DNA from: an uncultured Gemmatimonadales bacterium
GTDB taxonomy: Bacteria > Gemmatimonadota > Gemmatimonadetes > Longimicrobiales > RSA9
Direction of reading: 5' to 3'
NCBI GenBank assembly: GCA_963741945.1
Contig: CAVUKA010000003.1
Span: forward strand, 723,998 to 787,997
Length of the DNA stretch: 64,000 bases
Within the stretch, counting starts at the first letter, position 1. Every line of letters starts with the position of its first letter. Positions 1-10,396 of this stretch are shown here, piece by piece. Both the position numbers and the translations under genes were made by a program. The notes below the pieces were generated by a model. The model was not told where the DNA came from, did not search any database, and was given only the letters and a program-made list of their open reading frames with translations.

Positions 1-4
1 CACC

Positions 5-925
5 TCAGGATTCGATGTCCTCGCCCAGCACCTCCGCCAGCATCCGGGCCACTCCCGCGATCGTCACCGGCTGGCCCGAACCGATGTTCAGCACTTCACC
101 CACCGCCGCCTGCCTCTCGGCCGCGAGCAGAAGAGCGCGCACGATGTCGTGCACGGAGACGAAGTCCCGCTGCTGGGCGCCATCCTCGTAGATCAGTGGC
201 GACTCACCATTGAGGAGGCGGGAGGAGAAGATGGCCACGACCCCCGTATACGGATTGGACAGGGCCTGGCGCGGTCCGTAGATGTTGAAGAAGCGCAGTG
301 CCGTCACCGGGATGTCATACGCCTCCCCGATGATGAGGCTCGCCTGCTCCTGGTCCTTCTTCGTGAGCGCGTAGATCGATGTGGGATCGAGCGCCTTGCC
401 CTCATCCGTGGGCACCGGCTCCAGTTCCGTGCCGTCCGGGTCCCGCAGCTCCCACCGGTGCGCCTTCAGGTCCTCGGGCCGGCGCCGGCGCGTCTCCGGC
501 TCGCGTCCGTCCGGTCGCCTGTACCGGCCTTCGCCGTAAATGGACATGGAGCTCGCCACCACCAGACGGTCCAGTGGCGAGCCCCGGTCCACCAGCGCCT
601 GGAGCAGGTTCGCGGTGCCCTGCGTGTTCGTTTCGGTGTAGTCCGCCACCTGGTACATCGACTGGCCGACGCCCACGGCGGCGGCGAGGTGGTAGACGAC
701 GTCGACGTCGTCCAGCACCCGGGCCCAGATGCCCCGGTCCCGCACGTCCCCACGCACCAGCTCCGCCGCGGACGAGAGCCACGCCGGTGGCTTCCGCTCG
801 GGGCCGTGGACCTGCGGATCCAGGTTGTCCAGCACGCGGACCCGATCACCACGCTCGACGAGCGCGTCCACGAGATGGCTGCCGACGAACCCGGCGCCCC
901 CGGTCACAAGCACGTGCCTGCTCAT
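5..925 (-). CDS. NAD-dependent epimerase/dehydratase (extended SDR); C-terminus probably continues off-window through a 1-nt indel
   Basis: MSRHVLVTGGAGFVGSH (GxxGxxG), YALTK (YxxxK), LRFFNIYGPRQ, QRDFVSVHD. ATG at 925 overlaps the stop of the upstream methyltransferase (ATGA). The stop at 5-7 disappears if one base is removed (DIEPEV...). Confidence 0.9.
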   Translation of the reverse strand: MSRHVLVTGGAGFVGSHLVDALVERGDRVRVLDNLDPQVHGPERKPPAWLSSAAELVRGDVRDRGIWARVLDDVDVVYHLAAAVGVGQSMYQVADYTETNTQGTANLLQALVDRGSPLDRLVVASSMSIYGEGRYRRPDGREPETRRRRPEDLKAHRWELRDPDGTELEPVPTDEGKALDPTSIYALTKKDQEQASLIIGEAYDIPVTALRFFNIYGPRQALSNPYTGVVAIFSSRLLNGESPLIYEDGAQQRDFVSVHDIVRALLLAAERQAAVGEVLNIGSGQPVTIAGVARMLAEVLGEDIES

Positions 926-1764
926 TCGTCGCCGCCGCCGTTCCCGACCGCCGCATCCCCGGCCGGCCGGATCATTCCCGTGGCTTCCGGTCCTCCCGCT
1001 CCAGGCACTTCGTCCGGTGCGCAGAAGTACACGCCCGGGCCTGCGTGCCTCTCGATGCGGAACCCGGCCGCCCGCAGCAGCGCGGCGGCTCCCGCCTCGT
1101 TGGCCACCCACCAGTTCGTCGGGTCTCCGGCATAGCGCCGCTCGATGAAGTGAAGCCGGGGGAAGCGTGGATCCTCGAAGACGCTGGTCTCTTCGAACGG
1201 GTAATCGGGCGCCACTTCCATGGGCTCGGCATCGCCCCGGACCAGGGTCTGGAAGACGAGCCGCTCGCCCACCACCTGTCGCACGCGGTCGAGTCCGAGG
1301 AGCGGATGCCGCAGGTGGTAGAGGACGCCCATGAAGACCACGTAGTCGAACCGGCGGCCGAGCTCCGCGACGTCGTACGCCTCCATCTCCAGGAAGCGCA
1401 CGTCGCCGTGCCCCAGGACGTCCGCCGCGTAGCGCGCCTGGTCCAGGTACCGCGGGTTGTGGTCCACCCCGGTCACCTCCGCGCCACGGTCCGCCAGCTG
1501 GAACGCATAGAATCCCGCGTTGCAGCCGATGTCCAGCACCGTCTTTCCCGTCATGTCCGCGGGGAACGCCGGCTCCACCGTGCGCCAGAGGTCCCGCAGG
1601 AAATTCCCGAGCGGATGGTCCGGAGCGGTCCGCACGCCATCCAGATTCAGGTCGTGGAACCATGGCCCCAGCGCCTCGACCTCCCTCCGGATTTCGCCGC
1701 GAGACCCGGCCTCCGCTACCGCCGCCCGCCCTGCGTCCCTCACGTTCACCCCCTCCCCGGCCAT
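922..1764 (-). CDS. Class I SAM-dependent methyltransferase, TIGR04290-like
   Basis: LGPWFHDL..GVRTAPDHPLG, VLDIGCNAGFY (motif I), FMGVLYHLRHPLL, YAGDPTNWW. Confidence 0.85.
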   Translation of the reverse strand: MAGEGVNVRDAGRAAVAEAGSRGEIRREVEALGPWFHDLNLDGVRTAPDHPLGNFLRDLWRTVEPAFPADMTGKTVLDIGCNAGFYAFQLADRGAEVTGVDHNPRYLDQARYAADVLGHGDVRFLEMEAYDVAELGRRFDYVVFMGVLYHLRHPLLGLDRVRQVVGERLVFQTLVRGDAEPMEVAPDYPFEETSVFEDPRFPRLHFIERRYAGDPTNWWVANEAGAAALLRAAGFRIERHAGPGVYFCAPDEVPGAGGPEATGMIRPAGDAAVGNGGGDE

Positions 1765-1991
1765 TCGTTCGCGTCCCCCAATGCAGGAGAGCCGCGTCCA
1801 GTGCTGGCGGCGCGGCTCTGCAATTTCGTGAACTCGGCAACGCCCTTCGCTCAGCGGTCGCTGCCCATGTGGCGAAAAGCTCTACGCAAGCTCTCTGCCA
1901 TCATCTCAGAACGCGTATGTAGATGCGAAGGTCGGGCGGCGCACCGGCTCGGAGCGGCGCTGGCCGGGCCGCGGGGTGGAGGCTCGCCCCG

Positions 1992-2306
1992 TCAGGCGAC
2001 CTGGGTGCCCTCGCGTTCGACGGCCTCGGTATCCGCCCCGGTGGCGGACGGCTGGTCGGGGGCGGGGTCGTCGTCGTGGAGGACGCGGCCGTCGCTGCCG
2101 AGGTGGCGGGCGGCGATGGGGTGCAGCTCCTTCAGCTTCCCCTGGACATGGTCGAGGTGCGGCAGCACGTGCGCCCTGTAGCAGGCCGGGCAGAGATGGA
2201 AGTAGCCGTGATCCGGGCGCAGGTCGATGAACGGGCCGAACCACAGGGTCATCAGCCCGATCATCTTCTGCGGGTTGGAGGACCCGCACCGCTGGCAAAG
2301 CGGCAT
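1992..2306 (-). CDS. Small hypothetical protein with Zn-ribbon-like CxxC...CxxC
   Basis: MPLCQRCGS...HLCPACY; protein-like composition. Alternative GTG start at 2318. Confidence 0.6.
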   Translation of the reverse strand: MPLCQRCGSSNPQKMIGLMTLWFGPFIDLRPDHGYFHLCPACYRAHVLPHLDHVQGKLKELHPIAARHLGSDGRVLHDDDPAPDQPSATGADTEAVEREGTQVA

Positions 2307-2465
2307 CGCCACATTCACCTCCGGCCGGGAGGACCACGTCTCAATTTCGCTGGTCGTGGCAGGGAACGACAGGTTGAAGGCGACGCGTGGCCCGTTCCCG
2401 TGGCGAGGGAGTGCCCGCTCGCCGGTGAGGCGGGGCCGCCGGCCAGGCTGGCGGAATCCTGGCCG

Positions 2466-4175
2466 TCAGCTTCCGCTGACCACCAGGACCTCGCCTTCGC
2501 GGAGCGGCCGCGCGCGGCCCATGGAGTTCCAGCGCACCAGGTCGTTGATGTGGACCCCGTATCGCCGGGCCACGGACGTCAGCGTCTCACCGCGCGCCAC
2601 CCGGTGCCGCTCCGCTGCCGGCGGAGCCACGCGGATGACCTCTCCCGTGCGCAGCGGCCGCGCCCGCTCCATTCCGTTCCAGCGCACCAGGTCGTCCAGG
2701 CTCACGCCGAGCGAAACCGCCAGCTCGCTCATGGTGTCGCCGGGGCCCACGCGGTGGGTCTCTCGGTCGGCGACGGCGGGTGTGGCCCGCGCGGCCGCCG
2801 CCACCTTGCCCGCGGGGGCGACGGCCGTGGTGCTGGACGGGTGGCCTTCGCCGGCCGCGGACGCCACGGCACCAGCCGAGCGGGCGCTCGACTGGCCGGC
2901 CGTCGTGGCCAGCTGGGAGTCCGTCACGATGGTACGGTCCACGAGGAGGCGCATCCCGGGCTGGATGATGTCCCGCACTTTCGGGTTGAGGGCGCGGAGC
3001 TGCTTGAGCGTCACACCGTGCGCACGGGCGATCCGCCAGAGCGAGTCCCCGGACTTCACCACCACCCAGACCTCCCGGTATTCCGGCAGGATTCGATCCG
3101 GCAGGGGGAGTGCCGCGAGCCGGTCCCCGAACTCGGGTTGGAGTGCGCCCACGGGCACGCGAATCGGGTATTTCAACCCCGGAGGCGCCGCCCCGCGCAC
3201 CAGGTGCGGGTTGAGGTTCTTGACCGAGTCGACGGAGATGCCGGAGGCCCGCGCCACTGCGCTCAGGCGGGTGCGGCCGTCCACCAGAACGGTGTCGTAC
3301 GCCAGTGGTGGCTCCTCCGCCACCTCCGTGAACCCGTACCGCTCCCGGTTGCGGGCCACGTGCGCCGCGGCCAGGATCAGCGGTACGTAGCTCCGGGTTT
3401 CCGCCGGCAGGCGACCCTCGCGGACCAGCTGGAAGTACCCGGCCCCCGATCCGTTCTGCGCCCGGCGAACCCGTCCCAGGCCGGCGTTGTACGCAGCCGC
3501 CGCCAGCGCCCAGTCGCCGAGTTCGTCGTGGAGCAAGGCCAGATGCACCACGGCCGCCCGCGTCGCCGCCACCGGGTCCCGCCGCTCGTCCACCCAGTCG
3601 TCGATCCTCAGACCGGAATAGCGGCCGGTGCTGCGCATGAATTGCCACAGCCCCACCGCCTTCGCACGCGACACCACCGTGGCTGAGAAGCCGCTCTCCA
3701 GCATCGCCAGGTAGAGCAGCTCCTCCGGGAGACCCGCGCTCCGCAGCTCCCCCAGGATCAGGTCCCGGTATCGCCCCTCGCGCGACAGCCACCTCTCGAA
3801 GTTGGCTCGCGCCCTACCGGCATGGAACAGCTCCACATCCCGCTCCACCTCCGCAGCGATCTCTGGAGGAAGGGTCCCGTCCTCTCCGGCGAACAACCCG
3901 TTCAGCGTCAGCGCCTCCGCCGCATCCAGCTCCGCAGGCAGCGATCCGTCCGCCTCCTCCAGCGCCGCGTCCCCCAGCTCCTCCAGGCCGGCCGGATCCC
4001 CCATTCCATCCGCGGAGCCGTCCAGGTACGCCGTCTCCGCGGCATCCGCCATCTCGCTTCCGACCTCCTCCGGGACCGGACCGGCTACGCGCACGCCTCC
4101 GCAGCCGGCCAGCGCGAACGCGAGTGCGAGGGGGACCAGGGTACCGGGACCGCGTCGTCGCTGGGTATCAGGCAT
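2466..4175 (-). CDS. MltD-like lytic transglycosylase lipoprotein (SLT domain plus about 4 LysM)
   Basis: Lipobox LAGC; LAMLESGF, AVGLWQFM, AAYNAGLG, ETRSYV; LysM repeats VKSGDSLWRIA, VGPGDTMSELA, VARGETLTSVA. Confidence 0.92.
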   Translation of the reverse strand: MPDTQRRRGPGTLVPLALAFALAGCGGVRVAGPVPEEVGSEMADAAETAYLDGSADGMGDPAGLEELGDAALEEADGSLPAELDAAEALTLNGLFAGEDGTLPPEIAAEVERDVELFHAGRARANFERWLSREGRYRDLILGELRSAGLPEELLYLAMLESGFSATVVSRAKAVGLWQFMRSTGRYSGLRIDDWVDERRDPVAATRAAVVHLALLHDELGDWALAAAAYNAGLGRVRRAQNGSGAGYFQLVREGRLPAETRSYVPLILAAAHVARNRERYGFTEVAEEPPLAYDTVLVDGRTRLSAVARASGISVDSVKNLNPHLVRGAAPPGLKYPIRVPVGALQPEFGDRLAALPLPDRILPEYREVWVVVKSGDSLWRIARAHGVTLKQLRALNPKVRDIIQPGMRLLVDRTIVTDSQLATTAGQSSARSAGAVASAAGEGHPSSTTAVAPAGKVAAAARATPAVADRETHRVGPGDTMSELAVSLGVSLDDLVRWNGMERARPLRTGEVIRVAPPAAERHRVARGETLTSVARRYGVHINDLVRWNSMGRARPLREGEVLVVSGS

Positions 4176-4249
4176 TCGTTCTCTGGCTTTGGGGCGGTGC
4201 GAGGGGACGCACAAACATCTGTCGGATCCCCGCACCTCCGCAACCCCCA

Positions 4250-7100
4250 TCAGCCCCCGGGATCCGGATCGCTGAGGTAGCCCACCGCCTCGTCCTGGTC
4301 GCCGTTCATCAGGACGCGCAGGATCCTGCCACCGGTCACGGCCGGGACATCGATCACGCGGAGCGCGGACGCCACGTGGGCGAACTCCGGCACCAGCTCC
4401 GGCAGCAGGTTGGGCGACTCGAGGAAGAACGCGTCCATGAACCGGTTGCCCGGCTCGTCGGGGTAGAGCGGGAGGTAGCGGATCTCCGCTTCCACGAGGT
4501 CCTGGAAGAAATGGGTGCCGAAGGACAGGTCCGGCAGGTAGCTCCCCTTGCGACGGGCGATCTCGGCGAGCACCGCCGTGTTGTTGATGTCCGCGTAGGT
4601 GACGCTCACGCCCAGGTGGATGTCGCCCCGGCTGCCCCATCGTCCGGGGCCCATGAGGATGAAGCGGCGGCGTGGGAGCAGCTTGTTGAGCCGCCCCACG
4701 GCCCGGCCGACGTCCAGGAGGTGCTTGCGGTCCGGCAGCTCGGCATACGCATCCGGATCCACGTAGACGACGTGCGTCAGCTCGGGGGCCGCGCCGTTGG
4801 AAATGTGCCGCTGACCGGTGAAGAGGATGCGGTCGTCCGACAGGTCCCGGGGGATGAGGGCGCCGACGGCCGCGCCGAGTGCCGACTGCGGCCGGCACTG
4901 GAGCAGGTAGAAAGTGTCCCCGTCGGACGCGAACTCGACGTCCACGGGCATGCCGAGGCGGGCACCCAGCACGTCCAGCAGCGTGGCCACCTGCGCCATG
5001 AACGGGGAGTCGTCGGTGAGGCCTTCGAACGTGACCACGGCGTCTTCGTTTTCGAAATCGACGGCGAGGCCGCGTGGGCGCCGCGCGCGCCCGTTCTCCA
5101 GGACGGAAACGATCTTCTTGATCTGGGGCAGCTCCCGGCCGCATTCCCGGAGCATGCGGTCCACCGGCACGGTCTCCAGCTCGTTGGACTCCAGGTTGAT
5201 CACATCCATGAAGCGCGGGGCGTACCGCACCATCTCCTCGACGGTCGTGTTGACCCGCAGCCCCGGCTGGCGGGGCGCCAGGAGCACGGAATAGTCGTCG
5301 CTGGTGCGATCCACGGCGCGCGTGCCGAGCCCCGGGACGAGCCGGACGAGCCCGTCCTCGCGCCGGATCCGGGGTGACCACCGGAACTCGTTGTGGCTCA
5401 ACGCCACACCCGAGTAGGCGGGGAGGAAGTACCGGCCCACCCGATTGCCCACCACTTCCTGGATCATGATCCCCATCTCCTCGTGGACGTCGAGGAGGCC
5501 GCGCTCGGCGCGGTATTCGATGGGGTCCGGCGCGAAAATGGAGGCGTAGACCTCGGCTACGGCGTCCTGCAGCGCGCTCAGCCGCTCGGCCTTGCTCCCC
5601 TGGTTGGCCAGGAACAGGCTCTTGTACTTGCCACTGAACGCGGAGCCGGTGCGGTCCTCCAGCAGGCTCGAGCTGCGCACGATGAGCGGCACGTCGCCGA
5701 GATCGTCCAGCGCAGCCGCCAGCCCCTTCTCCAGCTCCGGCGGGAACGCGGCGCTCTTGAACACCTGGACCACGTGCGGATACTGCTGTCGCACCCGGTC
5801 GATCTCCAGGTACTTGTGGTCGTAGATGTCGTCCAGGTTGTTGTAGCGGACGAACGCCAGCACCGCGTCCGAGGCGATGTACCAGGTGCGGGGCACCCGC
5901 ACGTTCGACAGCACGCCCTGGAATTCCGCCGAGCTCTCCACCACCCGCTGGGCCAGGAACACGCCCGCGCTCTTGCCGCCCAGGCGGCCGTGGCTGCCGT
6001 GGGGCGCCAGGAGGTGGCGGGCCAGGCGGTGGAAATCGGACACCTGGACCACGCTCCGGGCCGTGTTGATGAACCCGATCTGGTCCGTGAAGAACCGGCG
6101 CAGCAGTGCCACGCGCAGCATGGTCTGGACGGAACGGGGAAGCTCGGCCTCGTCCACTCCGAGCGCCTGGAACCGCTCCAGCGCCTCGGTGACCTCCCCG
6201 AGCGATGAGCCCTGGTCTTCCAGCAGGTGGATCAGGAAGCTGGCCTTGTCCTGGCTGATCCACATCTCGGATGTGGCCGAGGATGTCCTCCTCCGGCAGG
6301 TGCTCCGCCGCCACCCGGAACACCTCCTCCGTGGACGGCGTCGCGGCACCCGGCGTCACACGGGAGAGCGGCCGGTTCTCATCCTGGTCCGACCCGCCGC
6401 TCTCCTCCCGCGACGCCCCCGGCACCAGCGCGTCCGCCTGCGCCACACCCTTCCAGCGGAGGTGGTTCAGCATCTTGCGCGTGATCCACTCCACCAGCCC
6501 CGGGTCCGTGCGGCGGAGGAAGTCCACGATGACCCGCCACTTGGCCCGACGCTCCTCGCCGAACCACTCCACTTCCCTGCCGCGCCGCCGCTCCCGGGCC
6601 GCTGCCAGCTCCTGGCGCATGATGAAGAACGCGAGGCGCTCCGCCACCGCCCGGAGCAGCTGGCGCTCTTCCTTCAGGAACGGTCCGTGATCCGCCTCGG
6701 GCCGCGGTTCCGTGTAGTAGAGGCTGAGCTCGCCAACCGCGTCGTCGCCCACCACCACGGGCGCGCGCTGCACCCACGGCGTCTCGCGGAAGCCGGGGAG
6801 GTGGAACTCCCGGCCGCCCAGGACCAGCGCCGGCTGTGCGACGCCCGGGTACTGCCAGCCACCGGGGAGCGTCTCGAGCACGCGGCGAAAGAGCTCGTCC
6901 TCGGGCTCTTCCCGGCTCAGAATGTCGTCCACCCGGTACAGGCAGCTCAGCTCTTTCGCGCGCTCCCGCAGCGCCCCCATGACGGGGTCGTTCAGCAGGT
7001 GCTCCTCGGCCGTCGCCCCATCCATGCTCTCTTCGTCCACCTCTTCTGCCCGGCCACCCTGGCCGCTCCCCGCCAGCTGGCGGTGCTCATCACTGCTCAT
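4250..7100 (-). CDS. PEP/pyruvate-binding (PPDK_N ATP-grasp) domain protein with N-terminal GAF-like region; one frameshift near 6268
   Basis: N-terminus (LRERAKELSCLY...GPFLKEERQLL) lies in the 2466..7235 frame; the rest lies in ORF 4250..6349 (GRLGGKSAG, VRSSSLLED, FSGKYKS, GLGTRAVD, VDVEFA, LLQCRP, GRWGS, LSFGTHFF). Removing one base joins them as HI-x-MWISQDK. Confidence 0.85.
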
Positions 7101-8836
7101 CTCTCCCCTTCCGGCCGGCGAACCACCCCGCGTCTCGCGCGGCCATCCACCCGGATCCGCAACGGCTGCTCGAGCCGTACATGTCGCACGTGTTCCATCT
7201 CCCTCAACGCCGGCTGCCGGTCCAGCCAGTCCCAATCGATGCCGGCACCGAGACCGTGCCGGACGGTGAAGTAGAGTACTCCGAAGCTGGACAGATTATG
7301 GAAGAAGTGCGACCCCTGGCTCGGCTCCACATCCATGTGCGGGAGCGTCGCTTCCACAAGCGCCCGCGCAGAGGCCACGTGGCTCCACTGTACCGGGATT
7401 CCCAGCCACGGATCCGAGCTGCCCCACCGGCCGAAGCCGATCAGCATGCACTCTCGTCCCTCCTCCAGCAGGGAAGCGTTCACCTCGGCCACTTCCCTGG
7501 CGATCGCCGGCGTCCGCTTCGCCTCGAACCGGTCGGGGCGCACGTACACCACATCCCGAACATCGTCCCACTCGCCGTTCCCCATGGCCGCCCGGGACGC
7601 CAGGAGCACGTCCGCACCCTCCAGCTCTTCCGTATTCACGTCCACCGCCTCCCCCGGCGCCACCATCCCACGGAGCTGCACCAGCCCCATCCGCATCTCG
7701 GGCGAAGCCGCGGTGGGGAGCGTCGCCGCCAGCTCGATCTCCACGGGGCCGCCCAGCGCCTGCGACGACACGTCCAGCAGCCTCCGGACCACGTCATTGA
7801 GCGGGTGCTGCCGAAGCTCCAGGAGCGGCGCGAAGTTCAGCACCCGGGGGCCATCCATGCCGGTCCCCGGCCGGAGGCGGTCGGCGGATGCGTCGTACGT
7901 GGAAGCCAGATAGCGCAGCGCGCCATCCGCCTCGGCGTCGGCCAGGGAGCCCTCCACCAGGTACTCCTTCTCCTCCACCGGGTCGTACGCCGGCGGCCGA
8001 CCCATGTTCACGGCCCAGAACCGCGTCTGTGTCTCGGCCAGGACCCGCCGGGTCGACGCGAACGGAGCGGGCGCCCGCGGATGCGCGGGCGAGTAGGTCC
8101 AGACCACACCGCCATCCACGATGGTCTTGCCCAACCCGAGAGCCAGGTCCACCACCCCATCCTCCGGCTTCGCTTTCCCGATCGGGTAGTAGCTGTAGGA
8201 GCGGGCCACGGCGGAGAGGTGTGGATAGAAGCGGGGGCCGTGCCGGGCGCCCACGATCTCCTGGATCATGACCGCCATCGACTCGTCGGAGTCTTCCACG
8301 CCGATGACCCTTCGGTACGTCCGCGCGGCCGAGAAGTGGGTGGAGGCATAGACGAACTTCACCGCCTCCAGGAGGCGCGCGAACCGGGCGCGCGGGTCGA
8401 GCTCGAGGTTCGGGATCATCTTGGTCTCGTAGATCCCGGCGAACGGGCGGCCGAGCGCGTCCTCGAGGCGGCTGGAGGAGCGGATGGCCAGGGGCCGCGT
8501 CGCTTCCTCCGCCACGGCGACGAGGTCGCCCACCACCTCACTCGGCAGGTCGGCCGACTGGAAGGCGTGCGCGATCCGTCGATCGGAGAGCCCGGCCAGG
8601 TCGGCCGGATCGAGGCCGTTCCGCCTCATGAACGCATCGAATACGTCCGTGGCGAGCACGACCAGGCGAGGGATGGTGACCACCACCCCACGGAATGCGT
8701 CCCTCAGCTCCGCCGCGCCCGCGTCGTGCGCGCGCAGCAGTCCTTCCGCCTTTCCACCCAGACCGCCGCCTCCGATCCGGGAAAAGACGTCCCCGGATCG
8801 GAAGAAGCGGCGATCGAACCTGGGGACTGGCCCCAT
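7097..8836 (-). CDS. PEP/pyruvate-binding (PPDK_N ATP-grasp) domain protein
   Basis: GGKAEGL, IRSSSRLED, FAGIYET, GLGKTIVDG, VEIELA, GRWGSSDPWLGIP, SQGSHFFHNL. Stop overlaps the ATG of the next gene. Confidence 0.88.
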   Translation of the reverse strand: MGPVPRFDRRFFRSGDVFSRIGGGGLGGKAEGLLRAHDAGAAELRDAFRGVVVTIPRLVVLATDVFDAFMRRNGLDPADLAGLSDRRIAHAFQSADLPSEVVGDLVAVAEEATRPLAIRSSSRLEDALGRPFAGIYETKMIPNLELDPRARFARLLEAVKFVYASTHFSAARTYRRVIGVEDSDESMAVMIQEIVGARHGPRFYPHLSAVARSYSYYPIGKAKPEDGVVDLALGLGKTIVDGGVVWTYSPAHPRAPAPFASTRRVLAETQTRFWAVNMGRPPAYDPVEEKEYLVEGSLADAEADGALRYLASTYDASADRLRPGTGMDGPRVLNFAPLLELRQHPLNDVVRRLLDVSSQALGGPVEIELAATLPTAASPEMRMGLVQLRGMVAPGEAVDVNTEELEGADVLLASRAAMGNGEWDDVRDVVYVRPDRFEAKRTPAIAREVAEVNASLLEEGRECMLIGFGRWGSSDPWLGIPVQWSHVASARALVEATLPHMDVEPSQGSHFFHNLSSFGVLYFTVRHGLGAGIDWDWLDRQPALREMEHVRHVRLEQPLRIRVDGRARRGVVRRPEGER

Positions 8837-8860
8837 GGTCTCTTTCGCGCGGTGCCTGGG

Positions 8861-10153
8861 CTAGACCCAGCCGCGATCCCGGCAGGCCTGGGCCACCCGG
8901 TCCACTGCAATGACGTACGCGGCGTCGCGCGTGAACAGGTTCTGCTGCTTCGCCACTTCGCTCACGGCGACGAACGCGGAGGTCATCTTCACGTCCAGCT
9001 TGCCCAGGACCTCGTCGCGCTCCCAGAAGTAGTTCATGTTGCTCTGCACCTGCTCGAAATAGCTGGTGGTCACGCCGCCGGCATTGGCGAGCAGGTCCGG
9101 GACCAGGAACACCCCGCGCTGGTGCAACACCCGGTCCGCCTCCGGGCTGGTGGGCCCGTTGGCACCCTCGGCGATGATCTTCACCCTCGCCGGAATCCGG
9201 TCCACGTTCTCCGCGTTGATCTGGTTCTCCAGCGCGGCGGGGATCAGGATGTCCACGTCCTGAGCGAGCCAGTCGTCGCCATCCAGGATCTCGTAGCCCA
9301 GCTCTTTCGCCCGCGTCTTGTCGATCCCGCCAAAGCGGTCCGCGATCCCCTGGAGCTCCGCCAGGTCCACACCGCCGGCCCGGCTGAACGCGTAGCTCAC
9401 CTGGTCCGCCTGGTCCCACGAGCTGACGCAGACCACCTTCCCGCCCAGCTGCGTGTACAGCTCGATGGCGTACTGCGCCACGTTGCCGAAGCCCTGCACG
9501 CTCGCCACGGTGCCGCTCGCCTCCATGCCCAGTTCGCGCAGCGCTTCCCGGATCGTGAAGACGACGCCGTACCCCGTCGCCTCCTTCCGCCCCAGGCTGC
9601 CACCGAGCCCCACCGGCTTCCCGGTGATGAATCCCGGCAGGCGCTGCCCGTAAATGGTCTCGAATTCATCGAGCATCCACAGCATGTGCTGCGGCGTGGT
9701 CATGACGTCCGGCGCCGGCACGTCCCGGGTCGGGCCCACGTCTCGCGCGATCTGGCGTACCCAACCGCGCGAGATCTGCTCCTGCTCCCGCAGGCTAAGG
9801 TCGTGCGGATCGCAGATCACGCCGCCCTTGCCACCGCCGAGCGGGATATCCACCACGGCGCACTTCCATGTCATCCACATGCCCAGCGCGCGCACGGTGT
9901 CCAGGCTCTCCTGCGGGTGGAAGCGAATGCCACCCTTGCTCGGACCGCGCGCGTCGTTGTGCTGCACCCGGAAGCCGCGGAACACCCGCACGCTGCCATC
10001 ATCCATCCGAACGGGGATCGCGAAGCTGTATTCCCGCATCGGCCACCGAAGCAGATCGCGCGTGCTCGCCTCCAGCTCCAGCAGGTCCGCGATGCGATCG
10101 AACTGCGCCTGAGCCATCTCGAACGAGTTGTAGGCTCGAGTGCTCTTCTTCAT
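8861..10153 (-). CDS. gdhA: Glu/Leu/Phe/Val dehydrogenase (glutamate dehydrogenase)
   Basis: RVQHNDARGPSKGGIRFHP, MTWKCA, GGGKGG, DVPAPD, ITGKP, ATGYG, QGFGNV, EGANGP, NAGGV. Confidence 0.95.
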   Translation of the reverse strand: MKKSTRAYNSFEMAQAQFDRIADLLELEASTRDLLRWPMREYSFAIPVRMDDGSVRVFRGFRVQHNDARGPSKGGIRFHPQESLDTVRALGMWMTWKCAVVDIPLGGGKGGVICDPHDLSLREQEQISRGWVRQIARDVGPTRDVPAPDVMTTPQHMLWMLDEFETIYGQRLPGFITGKPVGLGGSLGRKEATGYGVVFTIREALRELGMEASGTVASVQGFGNVAQYAIELYTQLGGKVVCVSSWDQADQVSYAFSRAGGVDLAELQGIADRFGGIDKTRAKELGYEILDGDDWLAQDVDILIPAALENQINAENVDRIPARVKIIAEGANGPTSPEADRVLHQRGVFLVPDLLANAGGVTTSYFEQVQSNMNYFWERDEVLGKLDVKMTSAFVAVSEVAKQQNLFTRDAAYVIAVDRVAQACRDRGWV

Positions 10154-10396
10154 ATTATCGGACTTTCGACGTGATCATGGTTGCGATTGCCTGCCCCACC
10201 CCCCACCCCAGCCCGCACCAAGATAGCCCGGCCGGCCGGGGCCGTATAGTAGGGAAAAGCGCGCAACGCGTGTAGGGCGGGAACAGAGGGAAACCAGGGT
10301 CGGGCGGGAACGGTGGGGTCGGTCCTGTCCCGGGCCCCCGCATCGTGCTAGCATCCCGGCGGGAATCCGCGTTTCAAACGCTCTCCGGAGGCTCTC

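Noticed and set aside
6255-6280. Programmed frameshift or true pseudogene in the second dikinase
   Set aside because: No slippery sequence is present. Similar isolated indels occur near 10, 47812, 48256 and 52250 in otherwise intact genes, which is typical of long-read consensus error. Raw reads are needed to confirm.
2466-7235. 1589-aa GAF-transglycosylase fusion ORF
   Set aside because: Artefact: the frameshifted dikinase N-terminus reads through shadow sequence into the separate MltD-like gene starting at 4175.
10192-10215. C-run/G-run tract upstream of gdhA (similar at 26505-26540) as a regulatory G-quadruplex
   Set aside because: Short G/C runs are common at this GC content and there is no independent support.
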